From assembly GCA_965246885.1 (NCBI GenBank), contig OZ251992.1:2528001-2592000 (forward strand): a stretch of 64,000 nt of DNA, in the 5' to 3' direction. This document shows, piece after piece, positions 55,991-64,000 of this stretch (the first letter of the stretch is position 1; every line of letters starts with the position of its first letter). Under the pieces are notes generated by a model. It ran no database searches and was not told the origin of the DNA. It was given only the letters and a program-made list of their open reading frames with translations. The DNA is from Abditibacterium sp. (lineage in GTDB: Bacteria > Armatimonadota > Abditibacteriia > Abditibacteriales > Abditibacteriaceae). Made by a program: the position numbers and the translations under genes.

Positions 55991-56734
55991 TCAAAACGTC
56001 GGCTCCTCCCCCATTTCCGCCAGCACTTCCCGCGCGTCCAATCGCTTGGCGACGGCGAAGTCCTCGGTCACAACGCCGTCCCGAAAGCGGACGATGCGAT
56101 CCGCGTGTCCGGCGATGTCCGCTTCGTGCGTGACCATGACGACGGTCTTTCCGGCTTCGTTGAGGCGCTGGAAAATCGCCATGATCTCCTCGCCCTGCCG
56201 GGAAGCCAGCGCCCCGGTCGGTTCGTCCGCGAGCAAAATGAGTGGGTCATTCACGAGCGCGCGCGCAATCGCCACGCGCTGCTGTTGGCCGCCCGACAGT
56301 TGGTTGGGCAAATGCCGACCCCGGTCGGATAAGCCCACCGCGTCCAGCGCGGCGAGTGCCCGTTGCCGCCGCGCGTCCGCTTTGGCGCCGCCGTAAAGGA
56401 GCGGAAGTTCGACGTTGGACAGCGCGGTTTCGCGGGAGAGAAGCATGAATTGTTGGAACACGAAGCCGATTTTGCGGTTGCGAATCGAAGCGAGAGCATC
56501 GTCATCGAGCGCCGCGACTTCCTGCCCGTCGAGCAAATAGGAGCCTTCGCTGGGCCGATCCAAACAGCCGATAATGTTCATCCACGTGGATTTGCCGCAC
56601 CCCGACGGCCCCATGATGGCGACAAACTCCCCCGCCGCGATGTCGAGTTTGACGCCGCGTAGGGCTTGAACAATCTCGTCGCCCATCTGATACGATTTGC
56701 GAAGGCCACGAACGGAAATAGCGAGAGCGGACAT
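55991..56734 (-). CDS. ABC transporter ATP-binding protein (LolD/MacB-like)
   Basis: [38 protein letters not shown]. Confidence 0.95.
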   Translation of the reverse strand: MSALAISVRGLRKSYQMGDEIVQALRGVKLDIAAGEFVAIMGPSGCGKSTWMNIIGCLDRPSEGSYLLDGQEVAALDDDALASIRNRKIGFVFQQFMLLSRETALSNVELPLLYGGAKADARRQRALAALDAVGLSDRGRHLPNQLSGGQQQRVAIARALVNDPLILLADEPTGALASRQGEEIMAIFQRLNEAGKTVVMVTHEADIAGHADRIVRFRDGVVTEDFAVAKRLDAREVLAEMGEEPTF

Positions 56735-56764
56735 GAGGTGGCGGAAGTAGTTTGGGCGCGGCGG

Positions 56765-57018
56765 CAGTTCGCGCGGCTCTTGCGGGAGTTCGCGCGGCTC
56801 TTGCGGGAGTTCGCGCGGCTCTTGCGGGAGTTCGCGCGGCTCTTGCGGGAGTTCGCGCGGCTCCCGCGTGAGTTCGCGCTGCTCCCGCGTGAGTTCGCGC
56901 GGCTCCCGCGTGAACTCACGCTGCTCCCGCGTGAACTCACGCTGCTCCCGCGTGAACTCACGCTGCTCCCGCGTGAGTTCGCGCTGCTCCCGCGCGAACT
57001 CACGCGGGAGCAGCGCGA
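56765..57018. repeat. 21-bp tandem repeat (~11 copies) ending in an inverted partial unit
   Basis: gagttcgcgcggctcttgcgg grades into gagttcgcgc(g/t)gctcccgcgt and gaactcacgctgctcccgcgt, then acgcgggagcagcgcga (inverted). Confidence 0.9.
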
Positions 57019-57040
57019 CGCTTATAGAAGGCGTTTTCTC

Positions 57041-58924
57041 TTAGTTGAACGGGTTGTCACCCCCTCCCGGCCCGGCGGCGGGCTTGTCGGACGAGGGCAG
57101 GACGAGGGTGTCTCCCTCCGCGATGCCGGACAGAACCTGCGCGCGTTCGTCGCCACGCGTGCCGACTTTGACCTCGACTTTCTGCTGGTTGGCGGGGTCG
57201 CCCGCCGCCTTGGAGGGGTCTTTGACGCGGGTGACGAAGGTGCGGTCGCCCTCTTCTTTGAGCGCGTCAACGGGAACGGATAGGGCGCTATCCCGCTTTT
57301 CTAACTCGAAGTCGCACGTCGTGTTGAGCGCGGGGCGCAGGCGCGGGTCGCTTTGCAGAATCTCGACTTGGACTTTGACGAAAGTGACGTTGTTTTCGAT
57401 TTGGGCGAGCGGAAAGACCTTGCGCACGCGGCCCCGGAAGGGGTGCTTCGGGTAGGCGTCGAGGGTGACTTGCACGCTCTGCCCCGCGTGGATGGCGCCG
57501 ATGTCGGCCTCGTCCACTTGCGCTTCAACGACGCGCAAACCGGTGTCGGCGAGTTGGACGATGCTCGTGCCGCCGGAAAAACCGCTTTCGCCGGATTGGA
57601 TGATGGCGCCCCTGTCCACATATTTTTGAAGCACAATGCCGTCGCGCGGCGCGACGACACGGGTTTGGGCGAGATTGCGCGCGCTTTGTTCCTCTTGTTG
57701 GAGCGACTTTTGGAGTTGCGCCGTTTGCGCCGCCACATCCGCGCGCCGCGCGGCGACAGTTCCACTCGCCGCCCGCGCGCTTTGGAGGGCCGCTTCGTTG
57801 GAGCGCAGTTGCGCTTCCTCGGACGCGACATCGCCCGCGCGTTGCTCGATGCTACGGGCGTTGGCGCGTGCGGTATCGAGACTGGCCTGCGCTTGTTCGA
57901 GCGCGCCACGAGCTTCTTCGACGGCGCGGGTTTTGAGGCGGTCTTGCACGCGGCCCGTTTGGGCTTGGAGCAGTGCGGCGCGCGCCGTCCCCACGCTCGC
58001 CCGCGCCGCTTCGACTTTGGCGCGCGCGTCGGCGCTTTGGGCGTCCTGCTCGGCTTTCAAGGTGTCGAGCCGCGACTGCGCGGCATCGAGCGCCGACTGC
58101 GCGACTTCGACGCTGTTTTGGGCGGCATCCACCGTGTTGGCCGCGACGTAGCCCTTGTCGAGCAACTGCTTTTGGCGGGCGAAGTTGCGCTTCGCCACGT
58201 CCAAATTGGAGCGCGCCGAGGCGAGATTGGACGCGGCGCTCGCGCGGTTTTGTGGGAACGTCGCGCGGAGCAAGCCGCGCAAGTTCTGCTCTGCGGACGC
58301 CAAATTCGCTTGGGACGACGCCAAGCCCGCGCGCGCCGAGGCAATGGACGCGCCGGTTAAGTCGGGCTGCGAGCGGGCTTCTTCCAAGGCGCTTTGCAGG
58401 CGCGATTGGGCGCTGCGGACTCCGGCCTGCGCTTGAACAATCGCCGCCCGCGCCGATTCGCGCCCTTGCCCAAGCGCCGAGCGCGCGTTGCGCACGCGAG
58501 CGCGACTGGCCGCGACCGCCTCGCTCGCTTGCCGGATTTGCGGGCCGAGTTGCGACGCGCTTTGGCCCGCATTGGCGCGGGCGCTTTGAAGCGCCGCTTG
58601 CGCCGCCGCGACGTCCGCCCGCGAACTGTTGAGCGAGGCGAGGTTGTCGCGGCGGTCAATGAGACAGATGAGTTGCCCGCGCTTCACCAAAGAGCCTTCC
58701 TCGACCGCGAGCGAGATGACCGTGCCGCCCGCTTTGGACTTCACGTCCACCGTCGAGAACGGCTGGATTTTGCCGGACGCCGACACGGTTTTCAACACCT
58801 CGGCGCGGCTGACCCGCGCCGTTTCGACTTTGGGGAAGACTGCTTTGCGGGGGCGAACAAGCCACGCCGCGCCCGCCATGCCAACGGCGGCGAGGAGAAT
58901 AAGTGGGCGGGAGGGGCGCTTCAT
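57041..58924 (-). CDS. Efflux periplasmic adaptor subunit (MacA/HlyD-like) with a long alpha-hairpin
   Basis: TVSASGKIQP..VDVKSKAGG...EGSLVKRGQLI; long coiled coil; VVAPRDGIV; VDEADIG; VKVG.RGD...VLSGI.EGD. Confidence 0.92.
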   Translation of the reverse strand: MKRPSRPLILLAAVGMAGAAWLVRPRKAVFPKVETARVSRAEVLKTVSASGKIQPFSTVDVKSKAGGTVISLAVEEGSLVKRGQLICLIDRRDNLASLNSSRADVAAAQAALQSARANAGQSASQLGPQIRQASEAVAASRARVRNARSALGQGRESARAAIVQAQAGVRSAQSRLQSALEEARSQPDLTGASIASARAGLASSQANLASAEQNLRGLLRATFPQNRASAASNLASARSNLDVAKRNFARQKQLLDKGYVAANTVDAAQNSVEVAQSALDAAQSRLDTLKAEQDAQSADARAKVEAARASVGTARAALLQAQTGRVQDRLKTRAVEEARGALEQAQASLDTARANARSIEQRAGDVASEEAQLRSNEAALQSARAASGTVAARRADVAAQTAQLQKSLQQEEQSARNLAQTRVVAPRDGIVLQKYVDRGAIIQSGESGFSGGTSIVQLADTGLRVVEAQVDEADIGAIHAGQSVQVTLDAYPKHPFRGRVRKVFPLAQIENNVTFVKVQVEILQSDPRLRPALNTTCDFELEKRDSALSVPVDALKEEGDRTFVTRVKDPSKAAGDPANQQKVEVKVGTRGDERAQVLSGIAEGDTLVLPSSDKPAAGPGGGDNPFN

Positions 58925-60282
58925 GGGGAGGGAGAGTTTGACGCTCCGTTGGCATAGCGGCCCGTCGCCAAGTCCACGTTGGCGAGGGCAATCCGGGCGT
59001 CGAACTGCGCGCCCGTCAGCGAGGTTTGCGCCCCGAAGAGTTGGTTTTGCGCGTTCACGATGTCGAGGGCAATCCCCACGCCCGCCGCGTAGCGCCCCCG
59101 CGCGACTTCCAAGTTTTGCCCCGCCGACGCGACCAGTTGCGTCGCCAATTCGACGCGGGCGCGCTGGCCTTGCAGGTTGACGACGGCGCTCCGCACGGCG
59201 GCATCGGACGAGCGTTCGAGTTGCGCCAAGCGGAGTTGACCCGCGCTGAGTTCGTCGCGGGCGGCGCGGGTTTGGGCGCGGCGGCTTCCGGCGTCAAAGA
59301 GGGGAATGGCGACCGTCGCGCCCACGTTGAAGGTGCGTTGGTCAGTTTTGCGCGGGTCGAGGTTAAGCGCGAGCGTCGCCGCGATACTGGGCAATTGCTC
59401 GATGCGGGCCGCCTTGAGTTGCGATTGGCTTTGACGGATTTGCGCTTGCCCGCTTTGCAAGTCGGGGCGACGGCTGCGGGCGAGGGCGAGCAGTTCGGCT
59501 TCGCTCGGCAAGGTGGCAGGCGCCTCGGCGGTGTCACCCACCAGTTGCAAGGCGGGGCCGTCGTCCAAACCGAGCGCGTTGCGCAGATCAATGCGCGCCG
59601 TCCGCAGGGCGTTTTGCGCAGTGAGCAGGTCGAAGCGCGCTTGCGCGACGTTGACTTGTGCGGCGAGCAAATCGGAGCGCGGCGAGGTGCCCACCGTGAT
59701 TTGCGCTTGGATTTGCCCCAAAGATGCGCCCGCTACTTCGACCTGCCCCGCGCGCTGGGCGACGAGGGTTTCCTGACGCAGTTGCTCGTAGAAACGCTGC
59801 GCGACTTGGTAAGCGAGGTTCGTTCGCGTCGTGCCGAGGGTGCCGCGCGCGATGTCGAAGGCGGCGCGCCCCTGCCGCACGGTTTCGCGCGTGCGGCCCG
59901 AATCGAAGACGTTTTGCGAGAGAGCCACGCCCGTCGTGAACGTCGTCCCGGTGCTATTGATGGTGGTCGCGCCACCCGTGCCGGTTCCCGTCGAGGGGAT
60001 GCTCACGACCGAGCCTGAATTCACGTAGTTGCTGCCCACGCTTGCGCTCAGTTGCGGCGAGCGCGCCGCTTGCGCAACGGCAATGCGCTCGCGGGCGGCG
60101 CGGGTTTGCTCGCCCGCAGCCAGCACGTCGCCCTGATTCTGGAAGGCGGTTTGAATGGCGTCTTCAAGCGACAATGGCGCGATGACGACGGGCGGAACTT
60201 CGAGGGTGGTGGGCGGCGCGGCGGTTTGGGCGCACGCGGGCGCAGCGAAAAGCAAAAGGAGAAGGGCGAGGCGGGCGGACAT
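58921..60282 (-). CDS. TolC-family outer-membrane efflux protein
   Basis: Signal peptide; LSLEDAIQTAF, two OEP repeats (LSQNVFDSGR, RRPDL, IPLFDAG, RYAAG). Confidence 0.92.
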   Translation of the reverse strand: MSARLALLLLLFAAPACAQTAAPPTTLEVPPVVIAPLSLEDAIQTAFQNQGDVLAAGEQTRAARERIAVAQAARSPQLSASVGSNYVNSGSVVSIPSTGTGTGGATTINSTGTTFTTGVALSQNVFDSGRTRETVRQGRAAFDIARGTLGTTRTNLAYQVAQRFYEQLRQETLVAQRAGQVEVAGASLGQIQAQITVGTSPRSDLLAAQVNVAQARFDLLTAQNALRTARIDLRNALGLDDGPALQLVGDTAEAPATLPSEAELLALARSRRPDLQSGQAQIRQSQSQLKAARIEQLPSIAATLALNLDPRKTDQRTFNVGATVAIPLFDAGSRRAQTRAARDELSAGQLRLAQLERSSDAAVRSAVVNLQGQRARVELATQLVASAGQNLEVARGRYAAGVGIALDIVNAQNQLFGAQTSLTGAQFDARIALANVDLATGRYANGASNSPSP

Positions 60283-60318
60283 GGAAGCGACGGGTCAGTT
60301 TGCCGCGCACAGCCGACT

Positions 60319-60990
60319 TTACTCGCCTTCTTGCACGGGCCGGATGCGGCGACGGTCAAAGGAGGCGCGCACGGGCGGGAAGTTTTGCGTGGCCAAAAAG
60401 CGGAAGAACTCACCCTCGTCGGGAGAGGGGCCTTGGCCCATGTTGAGGTGCGCGCCCTCTTCCGTCCATTCGCAGAACACACTCCGCGCGCGGCCATCGA
60501 GTTCGATGCCTTTTTCGAGGGTAAAATAGCGCACGGGCATGGAGCGCAGCAGGAGGCGGAGCACCTCGCGCGCTTCGTCGGAACTTTCGGCGTCGGCGTC
60601 GTCGGTTTCGGGCGGCAGGTCGGAGAGGATGGCCACGAAGTGCGCTTCGGTCGTGCGCTGGGGAGTGGGCAAGGTGACAATGGCGACCAGTTGCTCGCCC
60701 GCGCGGGTCACGCTCGCGCGCAGGCCGTTGGGCGCGACCAAATCCTCGCCCGTTTCGCCCTGTCCGCAGTCGGCCCACACGCTTTGCAAGAACTCGTCGC
60801 GCTTGTCGTCATTGGCCAGAATCACGAGGATGAACGCGCCCATTTGCCGCGCCAGAGCGGGCAAAAAGCGGTGCGCGAAGGTGTAATGTTGCCCGCGCGG
60901 GCCGGGCGAAGCCGCGACGAACTGCTCCATGCGCGCTAACTCTTCCTTAGCCGCGCGGTGGCGCTTTAGCCGTTGGAGCCATTGGAACAT
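60319..60990 (-). CDS. Hypothetical protein
   Basis: 223-aa ATG ORF collinear with its neighbours; HYTFAHRFLP and RYFTLEKG...CEW...H.NMG look like conserved motifs. Confidence 0.7.
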   Translation of the reverse strand: MFQWLQRLKRHRAAKEELARMEQFVAASPGPRGQHYTFAHRFLPALARQMGAFILVILANDDKRDEFLQSVWADCGQGETGEDLVAPNGLRASVTRAGEQLVAIVTLPTPQRTTEAHFVAILSDLPPETDDADAESSDEAREVLRLLLRSMPVRYFTLEKGIELDGRARSVFCEWTEEGAHLNMGQGPSPDEGEFFRFLATQNFPPVRASFDRRRIRPVQEGE

Positions 60991-61008
60991 AGCGGAAAGA
61001 ACCTCGAT

Positions 61009-61326
61009 TTAGCGGCGTAGTTTGACGGCGGTGCCGTACGCCAAGACTTCGGTCATGCTTTGCGCGAACTCGGTCGCGTCGTAGCGCATGGAGATCACCG
61101 CGTCAGCGCCCATTTCTTGCGCGTGTTGCACCATGCGGTCGTAGGCGTGCTGGCGGGCTTGGTCGCAAACTTCGGCGAACATTTCGATGTTGCCGCCGCC
61201 GATGGACTGGAGCGAACCCAAGAAACCTTGCACGATGTTGGGCGAGCGCACAACGACGCCGCGCACAACGCCAATGACATCGGTGATTTCGTGGCCGGGG
61301 ACGGCGATTGCGGTGGTGACGATCAT
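61009..61326 (-). CDS. YbjQ/UPF0145 family protein
   Basis: MIVTT...GVVRG...GGNI......DQARQHAYDRM...A..MGADAVISMRYD...EVLAYGTAV. Confidence 0.92.
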   Translation of the reverse strand: MIVTTAIAVPGHEITDVIGVVRGVVVRSPNIVQGFLGSLQSIGGGNIEMFAEVCDQARQHAYDRMVQHAQEMGADAVISMRYDATEFAQSMTEVLAYGTAVKLRR

Positions 61327-61337
61327 ACCCCTTTAAT

Positions 61338-61805
61338 TTACCGCCGCAAAGAAAGGAGCGGGGCACCTGTCTCGACCAATTGCCCCGATTCGGCGTTGAT
61401 TTGGGCAACGACCCCGCCCGTTTCCGCCGTTATCTCGTTGAACACCTTCATCGCCTCGACCAACCCAATGGTCTGCCCCGCTTCGACGCGGTCGCCGACC
61501 TCGACAAAAGGCGGGTCGGACGGCGACGGCGAACGATAAAACACCCCCACCATCGGCGACACGACGGCCACCAAGTTCTCCTCGAAAGGGGACGCCACCC
61601 CGCTTGGCGCGGCGCCTACAAAGGGCACCGCTCCCCCGTTCGTGGGCGCCGCGACGAACTGCGGAGTCGCGCCCTTGAGGGTTATCTTCCAGTCGTCTCC
61701 CTCTAATTCGAGGAGCGATAACCCCTCCTCGCGCACGATGTCCGCCAATCCGCGCAAATACGCCACCCGCCTTGTCCAATTGTTCCCCGATGTGTTGTCC
61801 GCCAT
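61338..61805 (-). CDS. accB: Acetyl-CoA carboxylase biotin carboxyl carrier protein
   Basis: SPMVGVFYRSPSP..PPFVEVGD.V..GQTIGLVEAMKVFNEI (EAMK biotinylation motif). Start at ATG 61805. Confidence 0.95.
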   Translation of the reverse strand: MADNTSGNNWTRRVAYLRGLADIVREEGLSLLELEGDDWKITLKGATPQFVAAPTNGGAVPFVGAAPSGVASPFEENLVAVVSPMVGVFYRSPSPSDPPFVEVGDRVEAGQTIGLVEAMKVFNEITAETGGVVAQINAESGQLVETGAPLLSLRR

Positions 61806-61899
61806 AAAAGTGAGTGGTGAAAAGTTACTATTTTTTGGGGAATGGAGCAAACTGGAGGGACATTGCTCGTGCCGTCTTATGCTGCCAATGGGCCAACCC

Positions 61900-61997
61900 G
61901 TAGGGACGCTGCTTGCCGCGTCCGCTCTTATAAGTTACAACGAACCAAGGGCACAAGCGAAACCCCTGTGAACGGACGCGGCAAGCAGCGTCCCTAC
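61900..61997. repeat. Inverted REP pair (REPIN) upstream of the RAYT
   Basis: GTAGGGACGCTGCTTGCCGCGTCC at 61900-61923 and its reverse complement at 61974-61997. Confidence 0.9.
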
Positions 61998-62020
61998 GGT
62001 GGGCGCATAAACATTTAACC

Positions 62021-62533
62021 ATGCAAAATCGCCGTTCATATCGTCGTCCGCAGTGGGATTACGCCACGACCGGCGCTTATTTCGTGACCATTCGCAGTTT
62101 GGGCGGACGCTGCGTTTTCGGCGAAATCCGCAATGGCATCATGGGCCTGAACCGCTTTGGCGGCACCGTGTGGCGCGAGTGGGAGTTGTTGGCAGCGCGC
62201 CGAAACGATGTGCTGCTCGATGAACTCGTCGTGATGCCGAACCATATTCATTTAATTTTGTGGATAGAGCGCACCGACGAGGAAAGGGCGGACTTGAACA
62301 CGCTCGGCAGTATGATCCCCGGCTCGTTGGGTGCCATCATGCGCGGGTTCAAGTCAGGGGTTAGCCGCGAGATTGGCAAAATGCGCGGGCAGAAAACGAA
62401 AGCGTGCCAAGACAAATTTTACGACCGCGTTGTGCGCGACGAGCGGGAACTAAAGGAGATGCGCCGCTACATCCGCGACAACCCGATGAACTGGCACAAC
62501 GACAAGCACAACCCAGAAGGCATACAACCGTAG
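62021..62533 (+). CDS. REP-associated tyrosine transposase (RAYT, Y1 HUH)
   Basis: WDY...GAYFVTI, VVMPNHIHLIL (HUH), SLGAIMRGFKS, FYDRVVRDE.E...RRYIRDNPMNW; flanked by GTAG REPs. Confidence 0.92.
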   Translation: MQNRRSYRRPQWDYATTGAYFVTIRSLGGRCVFGEIRNGIMGLNRFGGTVWREWELLAARRNDVLLDELVVMPNHIHLILWIERTDEERADLNTLGSMIPGSLGAIMRGFKSGVSREIGKMRGQKTKACQDKFYDRVVRDERELKEMRRYIRDNPMNWHNDKHNPEGIQP

Positions 62534-62623
62534 GGACGCTGCTTGCCGCGTCCGCGCCGCCAACAAACGGTTCGGGCACGCCTCCAATAACCTGGCGTTG
62601 GACGCGGCAAGCAGCGTCCCTAC
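62530..62623. repeat. Inverted REP pair (REPIN) downstream of the RAYT
   Basis: Same 24-mer at 62530-62553 (supplying the RAYT TAG stop) and inverted at 62600-62623. Confidence 0.9.
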
Positions 62624-62667
62624 GGGTCATCCAGACTTTTGTAACCGCTCCAATTGCAAAGCCAACC

Positions 62668-62696
62668 TTGACATCGGGGGAACCGTCCTCTACTCT
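62668..62696 (+). promoter_or_regulatory. Sigma70-type promoter
   Basis: TTGACA (62668-62673), 17-bp spacer, TACTCT (62691-62696), upstream of a GGGAG SD and ATG 62745. Confidence 0.65.
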
Positions 62697-62744
62697 TTCC
62701 GTCCCGAAAGCCAAATCCTGAAAGTGCAAAGGGAGAGAACAATT

Positions 62745-62936
62745 ATGTCGATGTCGAGTAAAACCCAACAGAAGTGCAGCGTGTGCGGCCAAATGGTGCG
62801 CACCGCCTTCGGAGCCATCCAAATGCGAAAAGCGCCCATCGTGTGCCGCAAATGCTTTGGCGAAACTACCTACAACGTCGTCCCCGTCTGGACACAAAAC
62901 TTCGGCCTGCCCGATTCCGCAGGCGGAGACAGCTAA
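62745..62936 (+). CDS. Small CxxC...CxxC zinc-ribbon protein
   Basis: 63 aa with CSVC and CRKC; has its own promoter, SD and terminator. Confidence 0.65.
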   Translation: MSMSSKTQQKCSVCGQMVRTAFGAIQMRKAPIVCRKCFGETTYNVVPVWTQNFGLPDSAGGDS

Positions 62937-62940
62937 CCCC

Positions 62941-62972
62941 AAAAACCCGCCTCGTTTGAGGCGGGCTTTTTT
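62941..62972 (+). terminator. Rho-independent terminator (probably bidirectional)
   Basis: aaaaa cccgcctc gttt gaggcggg c tttttt. Confidence 0.85.
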
Positions 62973-63005
62973 GTCGGTCTAAACTCTGCCCAGAACGAAA
63001 CGCCC

Positions 63006-63266
63006 ATGACACTCGAACTTTCTCCCGAACTCGAAACCCAAATCGAACGCGCGGCGCAGCAACAGGGAACCGACGCCCCCACGTTCGCCATCGAAGCATT
63101 GCGCGTGGCCGCCCAATCTGCGACGGCAGGGGCCAATACCCTGACAAAAGAGGAGCGCCGCGCCGCGATTGCACGCTTGAAGGGGCGATACAAGGACTCC
63201 ACCACAACCGTTGACGACTTCTTGGCCGAGCGAAGCGCCGAAGGACACCGCGAAGCGGGCTTATGA
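63006..63266 (+). CDS. Probable antitoxin (VapB-like)
   Basis: MTLELSPELETQIERAA (RHH-like) and VDDFLAER; ATGA overlap with the PIN toxin. Confidence 0.75.
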   Translation: MTLELSPELETQIERAAQQQGTDAPTFAIEALRVAAQSATAGANTLTKEERRAAIARLKGRYKDSTTTVDDFLAERSAEGHREAGL

Positions 63267-63694
63267 TGGTCTTCGATTCTTCGGCGTTTTTGGCGTTGGC
63301 CCGCGAAGAAACGGGCGGCGATCTCGTGGCCGATTTGCTCGAAGATGCCGATGTGCCCAAGTTCGTTCACTCCGCCAATCTGTGCGAGGTGTTCCACCAG
63401 ACGTGGCGCTATGAAGAGGAGCGTGGCCGCTCCGGGCGGCTCGGCGCCGAAGAAGCCATCTTCGACATTCGGAGCGCGGGCGTCCTCGAACGCGCCGACA
63501 TGGACGGTGCTTTGTGGCGCGACGCGGGCGAACTCATCGCCCTACGCCGTCTCGCGGGCGCCTCGCTCCCATTGGGCGACGCCTTGGGCGTAGCTCTGGC
63601 ACGGCGCCTCGACGCCCAGTTCGTCACCGCCGACCACGCCGAAATCGAACCACTTCGCGCGGCGGGGTTGGTGGACGTGGTGTTTATTCGGTAA
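63263..63694 (+). CDS. vapC: PIN-domain toxin (VapC family)
   Basis: VFDSSAFLAL...E, NLCEV, LPLGDALGVALA, FVTAD. Confidence 0.88.
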   Translation: MMVFDSSAFLALAREETGGDLVADLLEDADVPKFVHSANLCEVFHQTWRYEEERGRSGRLGAEEAIFDIRSAGVLERADMDGALWRDAGELIALRRLAGASLPLGDALGVALARRLDAQFVTADHAEIEPLRAAGLVDVVFIR

Positions 63695-63859
63695 GGTGAA
63701 CTTCCGCCCACAAACTACTGCGTGATGATTCCGCAGACGCAGCGTGCTAAACCATCTGTCCACCTCCCTGCTGAGGCAAGCTTTTCCTGAGTAAACTATG
63801 CAAGAGAAAGCACACGCCACATAATGAGCGGTTAATAATTCTCCCCTGACACAATCTAT

Positions 63860-64000
63860 ATGGAAGTCTCTTTCTTTATATTCCTTGTCGTCGTGGGCAC
63901 TACTATCTGGATGACCTATGACTCCGCAGCCCACCAAATCCCTGTTTCCGGCAACGACTACACGATAAACACAGGAGCTTTGGCGTGGTTCCTATCTGGT
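63860..64000 (+). CDS. Membrane protein, 5' part (runs off the window)
   Basis: MEVSFFIFLVVVGTTIWMTYDSAAHQIPVSGNDYTINTGALAWFLSG, open to the window end. Confidence 0.55.
   Translation, partial: MEVSFFIFLVVVGTTIWMTYDSAAHQIPVSGNDYTINTGALAWFLSG

Noticed and set aside
28424..60939. Long plus-strand ORFs such as 28424-29725, 39035-40798, 55187-56332 and 59026-60018
   Set aside because: They are antisense shadows of well-supported minus-strand genes in GC-rich DNA and show no recognisable motifs.
1..64000. tRNA or rRNA genes
   Set aside because: No recognisable cloverleaf or rRNA-conserved sequence was seen.

Overview
GC-rich bacterial DNA from a diderm organism (TolC-family and beta-barrel-like genes are present). 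The left ~41 kb looks like a defence/accessory region, almost all on the minus strand. It holds decayed toxin-antitoxin and IS5-family remnants and a very large CRISPR array (29-bp repeat, about 214 copies by manual count, 1844-15911). Next is a type I-B (Tneap/Cst-type) cas operon led by a WYL regulator. Its interference genes are intact, though Cas7 has a ~150-aa insertion, while cas1 and cas4 are broken. Then comes a tightly packed ~14-kb, nine-gene operon (26733-40804): a Zn-ribbon/Ig/Hsp70-like ATPase, a GrpE-like protein, a Zn-ribbon/propeller-like protein, a membrane vWA-like protein, a small membrane protein, a giant tubulin/FtsZ-like GTPase (interrupted by one TAG), a ZorA/MotA-like and ZorB/MotB-like pair, and a small unknown gene. 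This operon is the best candidate for an undescribed system. Three overlapping spacers let a 5'-CCT PAM be read from the array itself. The right ~23 kb is mostly ordinary: comM/yifB, yraN, amidohydrolases, acyl-CoA ligase, glnA, aldolase, MacAB-TolC-like exporter, accB, a RAYT with REPs and a VapBC pair. It also has a three-gene islet with an odd PqqD-leader/fibre-like fusion. All calls come from motif recognition by eye; no searches were run.
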